Assembly (NCBI RefSeq): GCF_902713615.1
Contig: NC_052148.1
Location: 243,733,212 to 243,797,211 of the forward strand
Reading direction: 5' to 3'
Source: Scyliorhinus canicula
Lineage: Eukaryota
DNA: 64,000 nt
Shown: piece by piece, positions 25,484-39,458 of the stretch
Layout of the letters: the number at the start of each line of letters is the position of its first letter
Position numbering within the stretch: position 1 is the stretch's first letter
Translations under genes and position numbers: made by a program
The notes under the pieces: generated by a model
Databases searched by the model: none
What the model was told of the DNA's origin: nothing
The model's input: the letters and a program-made list of their open reading frames with translations, nothing else

Positions 25484-26129
25484 TGAGCCATGATCTCGCT
25501 AAATGGTTGCTTCTCTTCCTATGCTCATAGATACATCAACAAAACAAATTGAGGTTTCAGTAATAGATACTGTGAGATTCTGAGCCCAATATTCATATAT
25601 TGGTAATTAAGTTTATGCTGGTGAATTTTGACTATGAACTGATCTATCTGTTCTGACTTAGTGTGCATCATTTGAATTTTGGACAACAGTGGATTAGTCG
25701 CCTATTTTACACCATGCTTAATTCTCCTTTTGTACTGGTGATGGAAAATTTGGTGGCTATATCATCGGCAGCTATTTTTATTCGGTAAAGAGTTAGGGAA
25801 CAGAGAATAGGGCCAAAGGAGAAATATCCTGCTTGGTGGAGTGTTCACCATGAATCTATATTTAGGCCACTGACTTGCCTAACAAAGTTTGCAGATGACA
25901 CTAAGATACACAGAACGTTGTATTGATGCGTGTAGGCAATTACAAAAGGGACATACACAGATTAAGTGAATGTGTAAAACAATGGCTGAACGTAGACAAG
26001 TCTTAAATCAGCCATCCTGAAGTGAAGGAAGAAAAACTAGAAGGAAAGACAATGGACTAGTGATAAGATCCCTCGTGACCCAGAACAGTAATCTGTATCG
26101 ATGATAAAACCTTCGAAATAAGCCTTTCA

Positions 26130-27295
26130 GACATGTCTTCCTTAACACTATGGTTGCCAGGGCACTCGACCACCTCCTGCACTTCTGCACTCATCCCTTT
26201 CCTTCCCTCTCAGAACCATCTTAGGGTCCTCACTCTTCACCCTTTCAGCCTCCGCATTCCAAAGATCATTCTTTGCCATTTCCATCAACTTCTGCATAAT
26301 GCCACCACCAAACACATCTTCCCCTCACCCTCCCGATCAGCATTGCAGAGACTGTTCCCTCTGTGATACCCTGGACCACTCCTCCATCACCCCCAATCCC
26401 TCATCCCCTTCTCATGCAATCGCAGAAGGTGCAACACTTACTCCTTTACCTCCTCCCTCCTCACTGTCCAAGACCCCAAACTCGCCTTTCAGGTGAAGCA
26501 ACATTTCACCTGCACCTCCTTCAATTTGGTCTACTGTATTCACCGCTCACAATGAAGTCTCCTCTACATGTGGGTGACTAAACGCAGACGAGGTGGCCAC
26601 TTTGCGGAACATCTTCGTTCACAAGCATGACCTTAACCTTCCTGCCTCTTGCCATGTTAACTCACTATCTTGCTCTCATGCCCACATGTCCCTCCTTGCC
26701 CTGTTGCAATGTTCCTGTGAAGTCCAATGCAAACTGGAAGAACAACGCCCCAACTTCCGATTAGGTATATTACAGCCTTCTGGATTCAAAATAGAATTGA
26801 ACAACTTTAGACTGTGAACTTCGTCCTCCAACTTCAACCTTTTTTTAATCCAAATTATTTTTAGTCCCAGCACAACCCCTCACTACCCCGCATTCCCCCA
26901 CAGGGCTATCTGTCACTTGTTCTTTAGTTTAGCTTTCGCTGATCACTGACCTTTGTTCTCTTATTCATCCATCTGTTGCATTACGTTTATGCCACCATCA
27001 GCACCTTCTTTGGCCCTCAACACTGCCGTTAACACATCCTTTGTCTTATGCTCTCAACATCTTTGTGCAATATCTCCTAGCTCACACCTGCCACTGACAT
27101 ATTTTGATCCACATCCTCTTGAACACAACAATATCTATTACATTTCTCCCTCTCTTTAGCTCTGTAGAAAAATCATATGGACTCGAAACATTAATTCTGT
27201 TTCTCGCTCCACAGATGCTGCCATACCTTCTGCGTTATCCAGCATTTTCTGTTTTTATTTCAGATTTCCAGCATCTGCAGTATTTTATTTTTATT
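26130..27295 (+). mobile_element. Penelope-like element 3' remnant (GIY-YIG endonuclease plus terminal repeat)
   Basis: FQVKQHFTCTSFNLVYCI...LLY..VTKRR...FAEH near 26487-26615. 3' tail CTCCACAGATGCTGCC...TCCAGCATTTTCTGTTTT. Confidence 0.8.
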
Positions 27296-27299
27296 TTAC

Positions 27300-28255
27300 C
27301 AATCCAGGCTAATGCTCTGGGGACACATGTTCAAATCCTTCCATGGCATCTGGTGGCATTTAACTTCAATTAATAAATCTGGAATTAAAAACTAATCCCC
27401 TTGGAATGATCATGAAAACAATGTCGATTTTCTCAAAAAGCCATAATGCCCTTTAGGAAAGGAAATCCGTCATCCTTACCACGTCTGACTTACAAATAAT
27501 TCCAGATCCGTAGCACTTTAGTTGACTCTTAAATGCCCTCTGAAATGACCTAGCATACCACAAAGTTGTATCAAACTGGTACAAAGCATAAAAAGAGAAT
27601 GAAACTGGACGGGCCACCTGGCATTGAACAAGGTACCAGAAACAACTTGTTGACCGTGTAAAGTTGTCCTTATGAACAACTGGGAGCTGGTGCCAAAACT
27701 GGGAGAGCTGTCTACAAACTAACTAAGCAACAGCCTGAATAGTCATACTCATGGAATCATACCTTGCAGACAATGTCCCAGACACCACTGTCACCATCCC
27801 TGGGTATGTCCTATCTCGCAGCTCCACCAGATATGGATACGCAGTGGTTTACAGTGGGGAGGGAGTAGCCTTGGGAGACTTCAACATTAACTCTGGAGAC
27901 CGGTTAGTCCCACGGGATCTGGTCAAACATGGGCAGTAAAATCTCATGTCGGGAGGAGGCCTGGAACCACCAATCACATTCCCCACCCCCTTATCCCCAC
28001 AGATGATGAATCAGTACTCCTCCATGCTGAACACCACTTGGAAGAAACACTGAGGGTGGCAAGGCACAGAATGTACTCTGGGTGGGGGACTTCAATATCC
28101 TTCACCAAGAGTGGCTCAGTAGCATCATGACTGATCAAAATGGCCGAGTCCTGAGGTACATAGCTGCTAGACTGAGCCTGCGGCAGATGGTGAGGGAACC
28201 AAGGGGTAAAAGTCTACTTGACCTCATCCTCGTCAATTTATCGGTCAAAGATAAA
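27300..28255 (+). mobile_element. CR1/L2-group LINE 5' region with AP-endonuclease remnant
   Basis: ESYLADNVPDTTVTIPGYVL, GDFNILHQEWL, SLLDLIL. The 5' region matches the short element at 11832. Confidence 0.78.
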
Positions 28256-29592
28256 TTGGCCTCTTCCGGTGGCGGAGATGTACTGAGCTGTCGCATCAAA
28301 GATGTGTCTCCCCCTAGAGACCTCAATCTATGTACTTTTGACCCAAAATTGGTCGCAAAGTGAACAAAAATTCCCCCCCCCGCCACACCCTCATCCTGAA
28401 ACATAAAACATCTGAAGAAATGCCCTGAAACCAGGAAAGGGGCCGAAAAGACAATAAGAACAGTGAGAACCAGAAGAGGAAGACTAAGATTGCAGACATG
28501 AGGAGTGAGGCAGAGCAGGACATGGTGGATTGAGCGGAATCACCGATGCAGCCGTTGGCCCTGCAGCCGCTGGCCCTCCTGCCAACAGGGCAATGGATGG
28601 AGCTTCTGACACGAGGGGCATGATCCAATGCCCACACTGCACCCGAAAAGCAGCTCGCCGTGGCGCAGCGTGGTTGATAAAAGCCAGGAGACCCTGCTTC
28701 CAGGTTCTACCCAACTCGCAACACCTCGAGTGATCCATCGTGATCTTGCGAGACATTGCAGTGTAATCCCAGCCATTGTAGTTGGCCTCACATTTTGACA
28801 AATCTGCATATTAGAGCAAGACAGCTAATCTCACTTTAATGTGCAGATTCCCTAGGTACCTGAGACTTTGGGATTCATCCCCTTTGCCTCGGAGAACTCA
28901 GGAGAATGAGGTCCAGCATGATCCCTACAAATGGTGACCAGATGGAATGGCAGAAAGCTTTCAAATCCCAGTTCAAAAAATGACAGAAAGACCAGTCCAG
29001 TCAAGCAGTATCCAAGAAATAAGAGACATTTACAAATATGATGTGCATTTCTTGGGCGAGGTTGCAAAGTCCAAGGAAAATTTTGAGCACAGATATTATG
29101 GTCAATGACCACAAGGCGTATTTTGAATTAGACACAAGATCAGGGTGTCAATTCTTTCTGATATAGTGGCTGAACCCAGAGTTTCTTCAACCATCTACCA
29201 TTCAACTCCATGCTCCAGGTGACATCCCACCGAAGATGCTAGGGCAAGTGACTGCAACACTTTGAGGTAATGCAAGAGAAGTTACCGTCATTCTGTACAT
29301 TATTTGGAATCAAGATTTCTCTTTATTAAGCAGAGAAGCTCGGATGGAGTTGCAGCTCCTTTATTCACCTGCTGCAAGAGAAACCCAAGTCTAGCCAAAC
29401 TGGTCCGAGCCTGGGAAAAGCTGCAGGAGGGAATTTGAGAAATTGCACACCTCTTCGAAGAGAGGGCGGATAACGAACAGGGTGACCAGGATACCAAAGT
29501 GCCCGGATGTCCTGGTGAGGATATTAGTAATATAGAACATTCTGATGCAGGAACTGACTTGCCTGAAGACAAACTCGGAACAGAGGCTCGAA

Positions 29593-29954
29593 GGCACAGG
29601 CCCGCCCGCTGATCGATGGGCTCCGATCGCTGGTCAGGCCACTATGGGGGCCTCCCGGTGCCAGATCCCCCCGCGCCCGCCCGAGGACGCCGCAGGCTGC
29701 CTGCAGAGCCAGGTCTTGCTGGTCAGGACCTTGTTTTCTTTACGCTGGCAGGACTGGCGGCCACTTGGCCCATCGCGTAACGGAAGATCACTGGAGGGGA
29801 CACTGCCAATGGCCCCCGACCGGCACATCGCGGTTCCTGCCCCCGTCGAAAAACGGGCGGTGGAGAATCCGGCAGCCGGCGTCTTGGCGGCAGGGTGGGA
29901 TTAACGCTGCCCCCCGGTGATTCGCTCCGGCAGGGGGGTCAGAGAATCCCGCCC
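29593..29954. mobile_element. Truncated Harbinger-type MITE
   Basis: Right end GAGAATCCCGCCC; internal GCCCGCCCGCTGATCG motif shared with the other copies. Confidence 0.75.
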
Positions 29955-30960
29955 GTGGTTCTAGCACAGACCCCTCAGGCACACCAGTAGTCACCAGCTG
30001 CCATCCTGAAAAAGACCCCTTTATCCCCACTCTCAGCCTTCTGCCAGTCAGCCAATCCTCTATCCATGCCAGGATCTTACCCTTAACCCCATGGGCTCTT
30101 AACTTATTTAACAGTCTCCTATGCGGCACCTTGTCAGAGGCCTTCTGGAAATCTAAATAAATCATGTCCACTGGTTCTCCTTTGTCTAACTTCCTTGTTA
30201 CCTCCTCAAAGAACTCTAACAGATTTGTCAGACATCTTTGACAAAGCCGTGCTGACTCTGTCATATTTCACCATGTACTTCCAAGTACTCCGCGATCTCA
30301 TCTTTAATAGTGGATTCTAAAATTTTACCAATTTTACCGAAGTCAGGCTAAACGGCCTATAATTTCCGGTCTTCTGTCTCCCTCCCTTCTTGAACAGTGG
30401 TGTTACATTAGCCACATTCCAGTCCTCTGGGACCCTTCCTGCCCCCAGTGATTCCTGAAAGATCACCATCAATGCCTCCACAGTCTCCTCAGCTATCTCT
30501 TTTAGGACCCTGGGGTGTAGTCCATCCGGTCCAGGTGACCTATCCGCCTTCAGACCTTTCAGTTTCCCCAAAACCTTCTCCTTAGTGATGGCCAGTGCAC
30601 TCACCTCTGTCCCCTGATTCTCCTGGAGCTCTGGCATTCCACTGGTGTCTTCCACCATGAAGACTGATGCAAAATAACTATTCAGTTCCTCTGCCATTTC
30701 TTTGTTTCCTATTATTACTTCTCCAGTCACGTTTTCCAGTGGTCCAATGTCTATTTTTGCCTCTCTATTACCTTTTATATATTGAAAGAAACTGTTCCTA
30801 TCTTCTTTTATATTACTGGCGAGCTTGTACTCATACTTCATCTTCTCCCCCCCCTTATTGCTTTTTTAGTTGTCCTCTACTCGCTTTTAAAGGATTCCCA
30901 ATCCTCTGGCTTCCCACTAATCCTCGCCACTTTGTATGCTTTTTCTTTTGCTTTTATGCT
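29955..30960 (-). mobile_element. CR1 ORF2/RT fragment
   Basis: KEMAEELNSYFASVF, SPGPDGLHPRVLKE, NYRP, YLDFQKA, GVPEGSVL; frameshifted. Confidence 0.92.
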
Positions 30961-31704
30961 GTTTTGTATTCAGTAGGTCCCGCCTACTGATCTTGTGCAC
31001 ATTTCAGATATACAAGGAAGAGATGCAATGGAACAACGATCTAATCAGATAGAACACGGCTTGGCATCAGAAACTGTGATGAAATCCAGTTCCAGTCCAG
31101 ATATTCATTTGATTGCTGAAGCTCCCGAGGTGTTATGACCTAGTGAAATGAAAATCACACCGGTGCGAGGGAAGAATGTGCACACAATACATGAACCCCT
31201 GCAGTGCCAACAACACAGCCATCAACCTCGCTTGAGAATAATCTTTGTTCACTGTTTTCTGCCAGCTCTAGTGATCAGAAGACATACCACCCCAGGGGTA
31301 AACTACTCCTCTAACATTCCCCTACGCCTTTTCATCAAAATTCCACCCAGTTCTGTGTAAAAGAGATCTTTTCTGTGACTTTAAGCAGGATCAGCCCTGT
31401 ATGTGACCATTCACTCCATGGTCACAACCGTCAGTTGACCATTGATTAAAATAAGTCAACAGATAAGTAAACTAGCAACAGATATTTTTGCCAGACAATG
31501 GATTTGCTGAATTGGAAGGCTTACTACAGTAGGACAAACACAAGGAAAAGCTGCCAAAGTCGTATACCTTCAAGAAGGAGCAACCAATATCATAATGCCA
31601 CCCCAAAACTATATTCCAAGAAGATTATGGAAATCATGCTCCTACATTTCTTCCAAGAGAGCGAAGAGATGAATGGCACCACGACAAGGAGGGTAGGGGG
31701 GTGA

Positions 31705-31972
31705 TGTAGGTTAATGTAGGAATGTTTAATATGCAGCATTGGAGACTCAGATGGTGATGTATTAATAGCTATCCTGCTGCAGCAATCAGTGATGTCATAT
31801 CACATATGCCCAGAGCTCAAAGAGAGAGAGAGAGAGAGATGGTTCTAGAAGGAGCCCTGTGCTTATTTATTCCTATATATAGTTGTATAGAGTTAATAAA
31901 TGTTTTAAAGTTCTGGAGGCCTTATTTCCAGCAATCTATGTTAAACACACAATGGGACGGTTTGCAACTACA
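31705..31972 (+). mobile_element. Short LTR after a polypurine tract; highly decayed Gypsy internal region upstream (about 30980-31700)
   Basis: AAGGAGGGTAGGGGGGTGA|TGTAG ... AATAAA ... CTACA. Confidence 0.55.
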
Positions 31973-32611
31973 TTTCAGTTAACACACTGATCAATAGCAT
32001 TCAAGAAAAGAAAAGAATAGGACAAATGCTGCATGTTCTCCGCCATAGGGAAACAATAGGTACTTTATGCTCATATGAGGCAGTGCCCCACCAAGTTGAA
32101 AATCAACAAAGTTGATTAGTTTACTTATCTGCTGACTTATTTTAATGGTTTTGTTCAAAACTCAGTTAAAATCAAACCCTCGATGTTAGCTCCATACTTT
32201 TATGGTCGGTGAATATCCTGGTAATTCGAGTTCTCCATAATTGGTATTTGCAGAAAATTTGCCTCCATAAACCTCTATTTGACAGAGGCTTACGAGTTGC
32301 CAATAGCAACAACTGCATTGAACAACGTTCCATTCTAATCTTTTCAATAACACCATTTCAGAACAGATTAAATGGTGCAATCTTCACCTTCTGTCAGATA
32401 ACCATGCACTTGAGAAACAGCCTATTAAAAAAGCCATTGAATACTCAGAACCTTGGGGCGAAGTGGGCTAGATAACACAAGGAAAAAAAAAACAGTTACT
32501 TAACCCTCCAACAGGGCGTACCCAAATAAAATCCATTGTACAATCTGAAGAATGCAAGAACATTTGAAAGCAAGAACAAATATATCACCATCGTGGTGAT
32601 TGGCGAAAGAG

Positions 32612-32941
32612 TCATAGAATCATTCGGCCCATCGAGTCTGCACCGGCTCTTAGAAAGAGCGCCCTACCCAAGGTCAACACCTCCACCCTAGCCCCCATAA
32701 CCCAGTAACCCCACCCAACACTAAGGGCAATCTTGGACACTAAGGGCAATTTATCATGGCCAATCCACCTAACCTGCATATCTTTGGATTGTGGGAGGAA
32801 ACCGGAGCACCTGGAGGAAACCCACGCACACATGGAGAGGATGTGCAGACTCCGCACAGACAGTGACCCAAGCCGGAATTGAACCTGGGACCCTGGAGCT
32901 CTGAAGCAATTGTGCTATCCACAATGCTACCGTGCTGCCCC
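32612..32941 (-). mobile_element. HE1-like SINE
   Basis: Full head and body. Confidence 0.9.
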
Positions 32942-33357
32942 TTAATGGCGACATGTAGAAACACCTATAAAAGCAGCAAGTGGTTCGGGTCTGGAATGTA
33001 CAGCCTGAGAGCAAGTTTGAGGTAGATTCAATCATGGACTTCAAAAGAGAATTGGACAATTATCTGGAGAAATAGATGCTTACAGGAGTACAGGGAAAAG
33101 GCAAGGAACAGGACAAGCTGAGTTACTGTTATAGAGAGGTAGCATGGACTGGAGTGGCCGAAAGGGCTCCTTCTGTGCTGCAGATACTCTTTGGTTCTAT
33201 CATGATGAAAGCTGGTGTAGTGCCTCAACAAGATAGAGAATCCACACCTTGTAATCTGGAAACCGAAGCAAGAGATTTTGGGAAACTGTCCATTTACCTG
33301 GCCAATGGTACCAGTGGCTTTTGACTGGTAACTCCCCAGCCTGTATTGGAAGAAATC

Positions 33358-34025
33358 AGCCGGGATTCTCCCTTCTGGGGAATAAATCCCCACACCGGCG
33401 GGAAATCCGGCGGCAACCACTCTGCCGTCAACATCCCCCGAAAATGCAGAATTCTCTGCATTTTTGGTGACTAGGTGGACGCTGGAGGGGTCGACGGCGC
33501 ACCAGCTGGTGCTCCAGCCAGCGCCGAAGGGACGGTGCGAGTTCGCGCATGCACGGAACAGGTGGAATGGTTCTGCGCATGCGCAGATCGGCCGACGTAT
33601 TTTGACGCCTGCGCGGGGGGTTTTCTTCTCCGCGCTGGCCATGGCAGATTCCTACAGGGGCCGGCGCGGAAGGAAGAAGTGCCCCCACGGAACAAGTCTG
33701 CCCGCAGATCGGTGGGCCCTGATCGCGAGCCAGGCCACCCTGGGTTGGATCACCCCATGCCGCCCCTGAGGACCGCCCCCACCGACTTACCAGCCATGTC
33801 CCGCCGGTACGTGAGTGAGTGATTCACTCTGGCGGGACTGACCAAAGATGGATGGCCGCTCAGTCCATCGGGGCCCGGAGAATCTCTGGGGGGGGGGGGG
33901 GGGGGGGGGGCGCTACCATTGGCCCGCGACATGGCATTGGAGAATATGGCAGCTGGCATCGGGGCGGGATTTGCGCAGCCCCCCGGGGATTATCCGACCC
34001 GACAGGGCATCAGAGAATCCCGCCC
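33358..34025. mobile_element. GC-rich Harbinger-type MITE
   Basis: Ends ..CGGGATTCTCC / GAGAATCCCGCCC; flanks ATC/ATT; no coding capacity. Confidence 0.85.
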
Positions 34026-35066
34026 ATTATGTCCAGAGCCTCTATTATGTTTTTTTTGTCAATTGGCCCTGCCACATTCTGAATTTAGCATCGAAATCTT
34101 TTCATTTTCTTTTCTCTTTTTCTCTCCTTTTAGTTTTCTCTTCTCCTCTTGCCTTCTTTGATGCATAAGTTGTAACCTAACACATTTATTGCATTATTGA
34201 AACAGAAAATGCTGGAAATATGCAGCATCTGGAGAGAATAACAAGAGTTAATAGTTTGGGCGATAACCTTCCAGGTGAACTGAGTATTTTCAGCATATTC
34301 CATTTTTATTTCCGCTTTCCAGTACTTTTGTTTTTACGTACATCATGTGATGCTGGCAAAATCATCCTCTGGGATTTTCCGTGGAGCTGGCCCCTGCAAT
34401 TATTGTATTGTTTTGCCAATTTCTCTTCGACAATAATTTTACTTTCTCTCACCATATTCTGTCTATACAAATTTGAACAATGAATTAGAGGGTCTGGCTA
34501 TGTTGTGGAAGAGGGCATACTTGGTAGAAAGGACCATAAAAAAGCTATTACATATCAAGTTTTTTTAAAAAGGGACAAAGAGCAGAAGAGGTAATGATAA
34601 ATCTGGGTCAGGTCACAGCCGAGACAACTGTGAGCAGTTTGGGCATCTCGTTATAAAAAGGGCATGAAAACCATGGAGGATGCTGATAAGGTGAGAAACC
34701 TTCGTCATGAATAGAGACTTGAGATTCTGGGAATAATTCCATTGGAAGGATAGAATCATAGAATGGTTCCAATGCAGAAGAAGGCCATTTGGCCCATCCT
34801 GTCCCTGCCAGCTCTCTGCAGGAACACCGCAGCTAGCCCCACATTCTTTCTCTGTGGCCTTGCAACTTTAAAAGGGGGAAATTAAGGATATAGAGTTAGC
34901 GTGGGAAGGTGCCATTGAAGTAGATCAGCCATAATTGTATTGAATACAAGCCACGGGAGATGATTTAGCGAAAATCGTTTTAAGTACTCTGAATAAAGAT
35001 TCAAGGTTATAAGTGTGAGAGTAGGTTCAAACTAGATAACTTGATGGTCACATCAGCTACCCATTG

Positions 35067-35530
35067 CAAAGAAGAACAAAGAACAAAGAAAATTACAGCA
35101 CAGGAACAGGCCCTTCGGCCCTCCCAGCCTGCGCCGATCCAGATCCTTTATCTAAACCTGTCTTCTTTTTTCCAAGGTCTACTTCCCTCTGTTCCCGCCC
35201 GTTCATATATCTGTCTAGATGCCTCTTAAATGATGCTATCGTGCCCGCCTCTACCATCTCCGCTGGTAAAGCGTTCAAGGCACCCACCACCCTCTGCGTA
35301 AAAAACTTTCCACGCACATCTCCCTTAAACTTTCCCCCTCTCACCTTGAAATCGTGACCCCTTGTAACTGACACCCCCACTCTTGGGGAATGCTTGTTGC
35401 TATCCACCCTGTCCATACCTCTCATAATTTTGTAGACCTCAATCAGGTCCCCCCTCAACCTCCGTCTTTCCAACGAAAACAATCCTAATCTACTCAACCT
35501 TTCTTCATAGCTAGCACCCTCCATACCAGG
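35067..35530 (-). mobile_element. CR1 3' end
   Basis: SYEERLSRLGLFSLERRRLRGDLIEVYKI, FFTQRVV; (TTCTTTG)n tail. Confidence 0.92.
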
Positions 35531-36268
35531 TATGCTTTTATTCAAAAAGAGTGGAAGACAGAAAGTAGGAAACTACAGGCCAGCTATCTTAACATCTGAT
35601 GTCGGGAAAATGTGAGAAGCTATTATTAAAAATGTTACAGCAGAGTATTTAGAAACCCCAGGTAATCAGGCAGAGTCAGCTTGGTTTTGTGAAAGGGAAA
35701 TTATGTTTAATACATTTATTGGAGTTCTTTGAAGACGTAACATGTGCTGTGGATAAAAGGGAACCAGTGGATGTAATGTACTTAAATTACCAGAAGACAT
35801 TTAATAAGGGGCCACAACAAAAGTTATTGAGGAAAATATAAGGTCATGGTGACCTATTGGCAGGATAGAAGATTGACAGGAAATGGAGAGCAGGCATAAA
35901 TCGGTCATTTTCTGGTTGACAAGAAGTGATGATTGGTGTATCACAGTGGTCAGTGCTGGGCTCGCAACTGTATACAATTTATATAAATGAGTTGGATGAG
36001 GGGATCCAAGGTACGTTGCTAAATTTATAGATGACACAAAGATCGGGAGGAAAGTAAGTTGTGAAAAAGACATAAGGAGGCTACAAAGGGATTTTGTAGG
36101 TTAAGCGAGTGCACATAAATCTGGCAAATGGAGTACAATGTGGGAAAATGTGAAATAATCCATCTGAAAATATAAATCCTATCTAAATGGTGAGAGATTG
36201 CATAGCTCTGAGATGTAGAGGGATCTAGGAGTCTTAGTGCATGAATCACCAACGGTTAATGTGCAGGT

Positions 36269-37581
36269 TATAAGGAAATGAGAGTTCTTAATATTTTTTG
36301 CAATATCATTGTCATATTGTCACATAATATGAAACACACTCATGTGCGTGAGTCTGGGTGTGACTAGTTTAATTAAACTGGAAATGGTTAGACCGCAGAG
36401 GTCAAAACATCAAGAAAGGATATGTGAAGACAAGTAGTTGAAATGGTAACGAACAGGGGGCCAGTGAAGCAGCTTGACCAGAAATTGACATTAGGCAGAT
36501 AAGAGAAGTAATTTTCAAGTTCACTGTTGGATTTCAAAAGAAACATGTATAATTGGAAATGGAAATGGAAATCACTTATTGTCACAAGTAGGCTTCAAAT
36601 GAAGTTACTGTGAAAAATCCCTAGTCGCCACATTCCGGCGCCTGTTCGGGGAGGCTGGTACGGGAATTGAACCGTGCTGCTGGCCTGCCTTGGTCTGCTT
36701 TAAAAGCCAGCGATTTAGCCCTGTGCTAAACCAGCCCCTAATTGGGAGATCATAACTGTTTGAGGCAAAATAGTAAGTTTACTTTATAAATATAGGAACC
36801 ATAAAGTAAGAAAGATAAAGCTGCTCAGTTCTGAGAAGTGGAACTTTTAAAGGATTGTAGAAACAGTAGAGTGAAAGATAAAAGGAAAAAAACATACTTA
36901 AAGAGAGGCTGAAGCTGTTGTCGTGTGGCTTTGACCTTGACTAAGACAGTAGGCACCCCTGCTGCGTGTTTCGTGGCAACAGAGGTGGACCGCCATTGGT
37001 TGGCAGTGGGTACTTCCTGTCCCGTTGTTGTCAACAATGTTTCCCGTTGAATGCATCGCTGGCTGTCAGGAAATTTGCGGCAGAGGTGAACTGTCGGCAG
37101 GACCAAAAAAACCCGCTGTTGTGAACAGCTGGGAAAATCCGTACGATATGAATAGAATCTAGAACTGTAAACACTAGTTTTTTGCCACCCTAAGAGAGGA
37201 GAGCTGGTGTGAGATTTCTCTGAGAAGCAACAAGGCATTGTGTGGTCGTGTTAAAGGAAGTTTATAGGTTAGAAACTTAATAAGGACTATTGCCTTCAAA
37301 AGTGGGTTTTAGCTCTGTGTTTATTTAATCCAATATCTTTTAGGAAATGTTTGTAATTTAACTGTGTACAGGTGTTTTTGTGCCTTTAAATGTTTTTTTT
37401 CTTTATTTTTGATGTACGTTCAAATTTAATGTTTAAAATCATCACGAGTGGTCTGGAATTTCTTATCTTGTCTTCAGATAACACATCACAATATACAACT
37501 CGCAAAATGTTGTGGCAGCTTTTCCCAAATTCCCCTTGGGGTTTGGGCAGCCTGGCACCTACCATCTGCCGTGCCATAACA
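36269..37581 (+). mobile_element. Solo LTR inserted in a CR1 fragment
   Basis: AGGT duplicated at 36265-36268 and 37582-37585. Ends ...CATAACA (start reads TA rather than TG). CR1 sequence resumes after it. Confidence 0.6.
36557..36738 (-). mobile_element. Short tRNA-derived SINE (second family)
   Basis: Minus strand GGGGCTGGTTTAGCACAG...GGTTCAATTCCC, ending in a microsatellite tail. TAATTGG TSD at 36550-36556 and 36739-36745. Confidence 0.85.
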
Positions 37582-37695
37582 AGGTCCAGCAAGTAATTAG
37601 GAAAGCTAATACAATATTCTTGTCTATTGCAAGAGGAATTCAATACGAAAGTAAGGAGGTTATGCTTCAGTTATACGGAGCATTAGTAAGACCAT

Positions 37696-38328
37696 GGGCA
37701 GGATTCTCCGACCCTCCATGCCGGAATCACGCCGGGTGTGGGGATGGAGAATAGCCATTCACGCTGGAAATTCGGCGCGACAGCCCTTCCGCGATTCTCC
37801 GCGGACCCGCCAGTCCCGTGCGCGCGGTCGACGTGGCACCGGTCAAGGGCCGTTGGAACAGGCCCCCACGGCGATTCTCCATGGTGGACCGGCCAAACTC
37901 CCGCCGGCATAGTTTATATATGGTTCCACTCGGCGGGAGCTGGGATCCACGGTAGTGGTTGCAGGTGGGTATCTGACCCGCGGTGGAGCCTCAGCGGTGG
38001 CCAGGCCTGCGATCGGGGGCCACCGATCGGCGGGCCAGCATGATCTTCCTCTGCGCGGGCCTGCTATGTATCTCCGCCATGTCGGCGGCACCTGCGCCGA
38101 GGTGGGCCGCTGCGGACCCACTTGCGGCTGCCGTGCGCATGTGCAGCCGCGCGGTCTGGCCAGCAGGGCCCCACCAGCAGCCAGAGCAGCGGGATGCATG
38201 CCGGGGCTCTGTTAGCCCCCTGGAAAATGGAGAATCATCCCGGACCTTCGAGGACAAAGACTGTAGTCATTCTCGCCCATTTTCCGGCCTGCCTGGGGGT
38301 TTAGTCCCCAGAAGAGAGAATCCAGCCC
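37696..38328. mobile_element. GC-rich Harbinger-type MITE inserted in a CR1 fragment
   Basis: GGGCAGGATTCTCC / GAGAATCCAGCCC; flanks CAT/CAG. Confidence 0.85.
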
Positions 38329-38362
38329 CAGATCTATAGTATTGTGTACAGCAAATGTAAAG

Positions 38363-39268
38363 TGTAGCCACCGAAGTTGGCCACTTCCCGACCCAACATG
38401 GCGATTTACAAAGCACGCAGGGAAACTTGGACACTTTAAGAAAGACAAGTAGTTTGCAAAATTTCATGTGTATTCTGGCTGCAAAGAAAGCAGACAGCAC
38501 CGAAACCAGCAGTTTGCATATTAATGAAGCGATCCCGGGAACAATGGATACAACGATTAGCTACAATTGGGACATTCTATGGCAGGTCAGACTTCCCGGC
38601 GCCAACGGGGTCTGAAACAAAAGGAAACAAACCAGTTAGAAAGAACCGCCCCGCGATCGAGGGACAGCCTCAGTATTGGGGGATTCGTACCAATCGATGG
38701 GATGAGACCCAATCGATTGACAGTAGGATCGGGGTCCGCCCAAAAGGGCGCGAAGCCCCTGGGACCTATAAAAGTCAGGTCCCAAGTTTAGTTCGCTCTC
38801 TTAGCCGGCCCTCCCAGCAGAACACCTTTGCAGCAGCTCTCTAAGAACTTGACCGTGAGAAGGCGAGGCCTGGCCAACAGCTACACCGACAACTAAGTGT
38901 CCAACCAATGCTCGCTATGAGAATAGACACTCCTGACCCCTTAGCCCATACCAACTGGGAAGCCTGCAGTCTCAGGACAGAACAAGAGGCCATTGTTCCT
39001 TGATCCAGTGGGTTCCCTTATCGAAGATAAGTATTGGCTTATAATGGTAGGAATAGTTTAGTCTGCTAGTATTAGTTGCATGAGTATCGATTTACTGTGT
39101 AAATAATAAATGTGTTTGATTGAACCTTACTAACTGGTGTATTGAGTCATTGATCTGAACTTGAACTTGAACCTCGTGGTGGTATCATAAGGATACCTGG
39201 CGACTCTAGAGCTAAGGAATAAAACAGAGCCAATTGAGTGTAAAGCACACTCACCAGAACGAGCAACA
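38363..39268 (+). mobile_element. Solo LTR (ERV/Gypsy-like)
   Basis: TGTAGC...GCAACA termini; TATAAAA near 38767; AATAAA near 39105 and 39218; flanks AAAG/AAAT. Confidence 0.6.
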
Positions 39269-39458
39269 AAATGCAGTGGAAACATAGTGTCACATAGAAC
39301 CTTTCTCCATGTAGCTGCTGGAATTGCGCAAAGACCACCAGATCAATTTGAGGAACCTTTTCCAGTTTGATGTCAAGGAGGTCAACTTGTAGATCCATTG
39401 ATACATCTTTTTTCACGCCAGCGCATGCGCAGTTTCCGCACTGGCGCTGTGCAACGAG

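Larger units (their letters stand above)
35535..38352 (+). mobile_element. Old CR1 RT fragment, interrupted by a solo LTR and a MITE
   Basis: GNYRP at 35568; F-IDD-TK at 36024. Resumes at 37582-37695 (SKEVMLQLYGALVRP) and at 38329. Confidence 0.8.

Noticed and set aside
28260-29590. Possible L1 5' UTR/ORF1 and Gypsy gag/protease remnants
   Set aside because: Only faint motif resemblance; too decayed to call without alignment.
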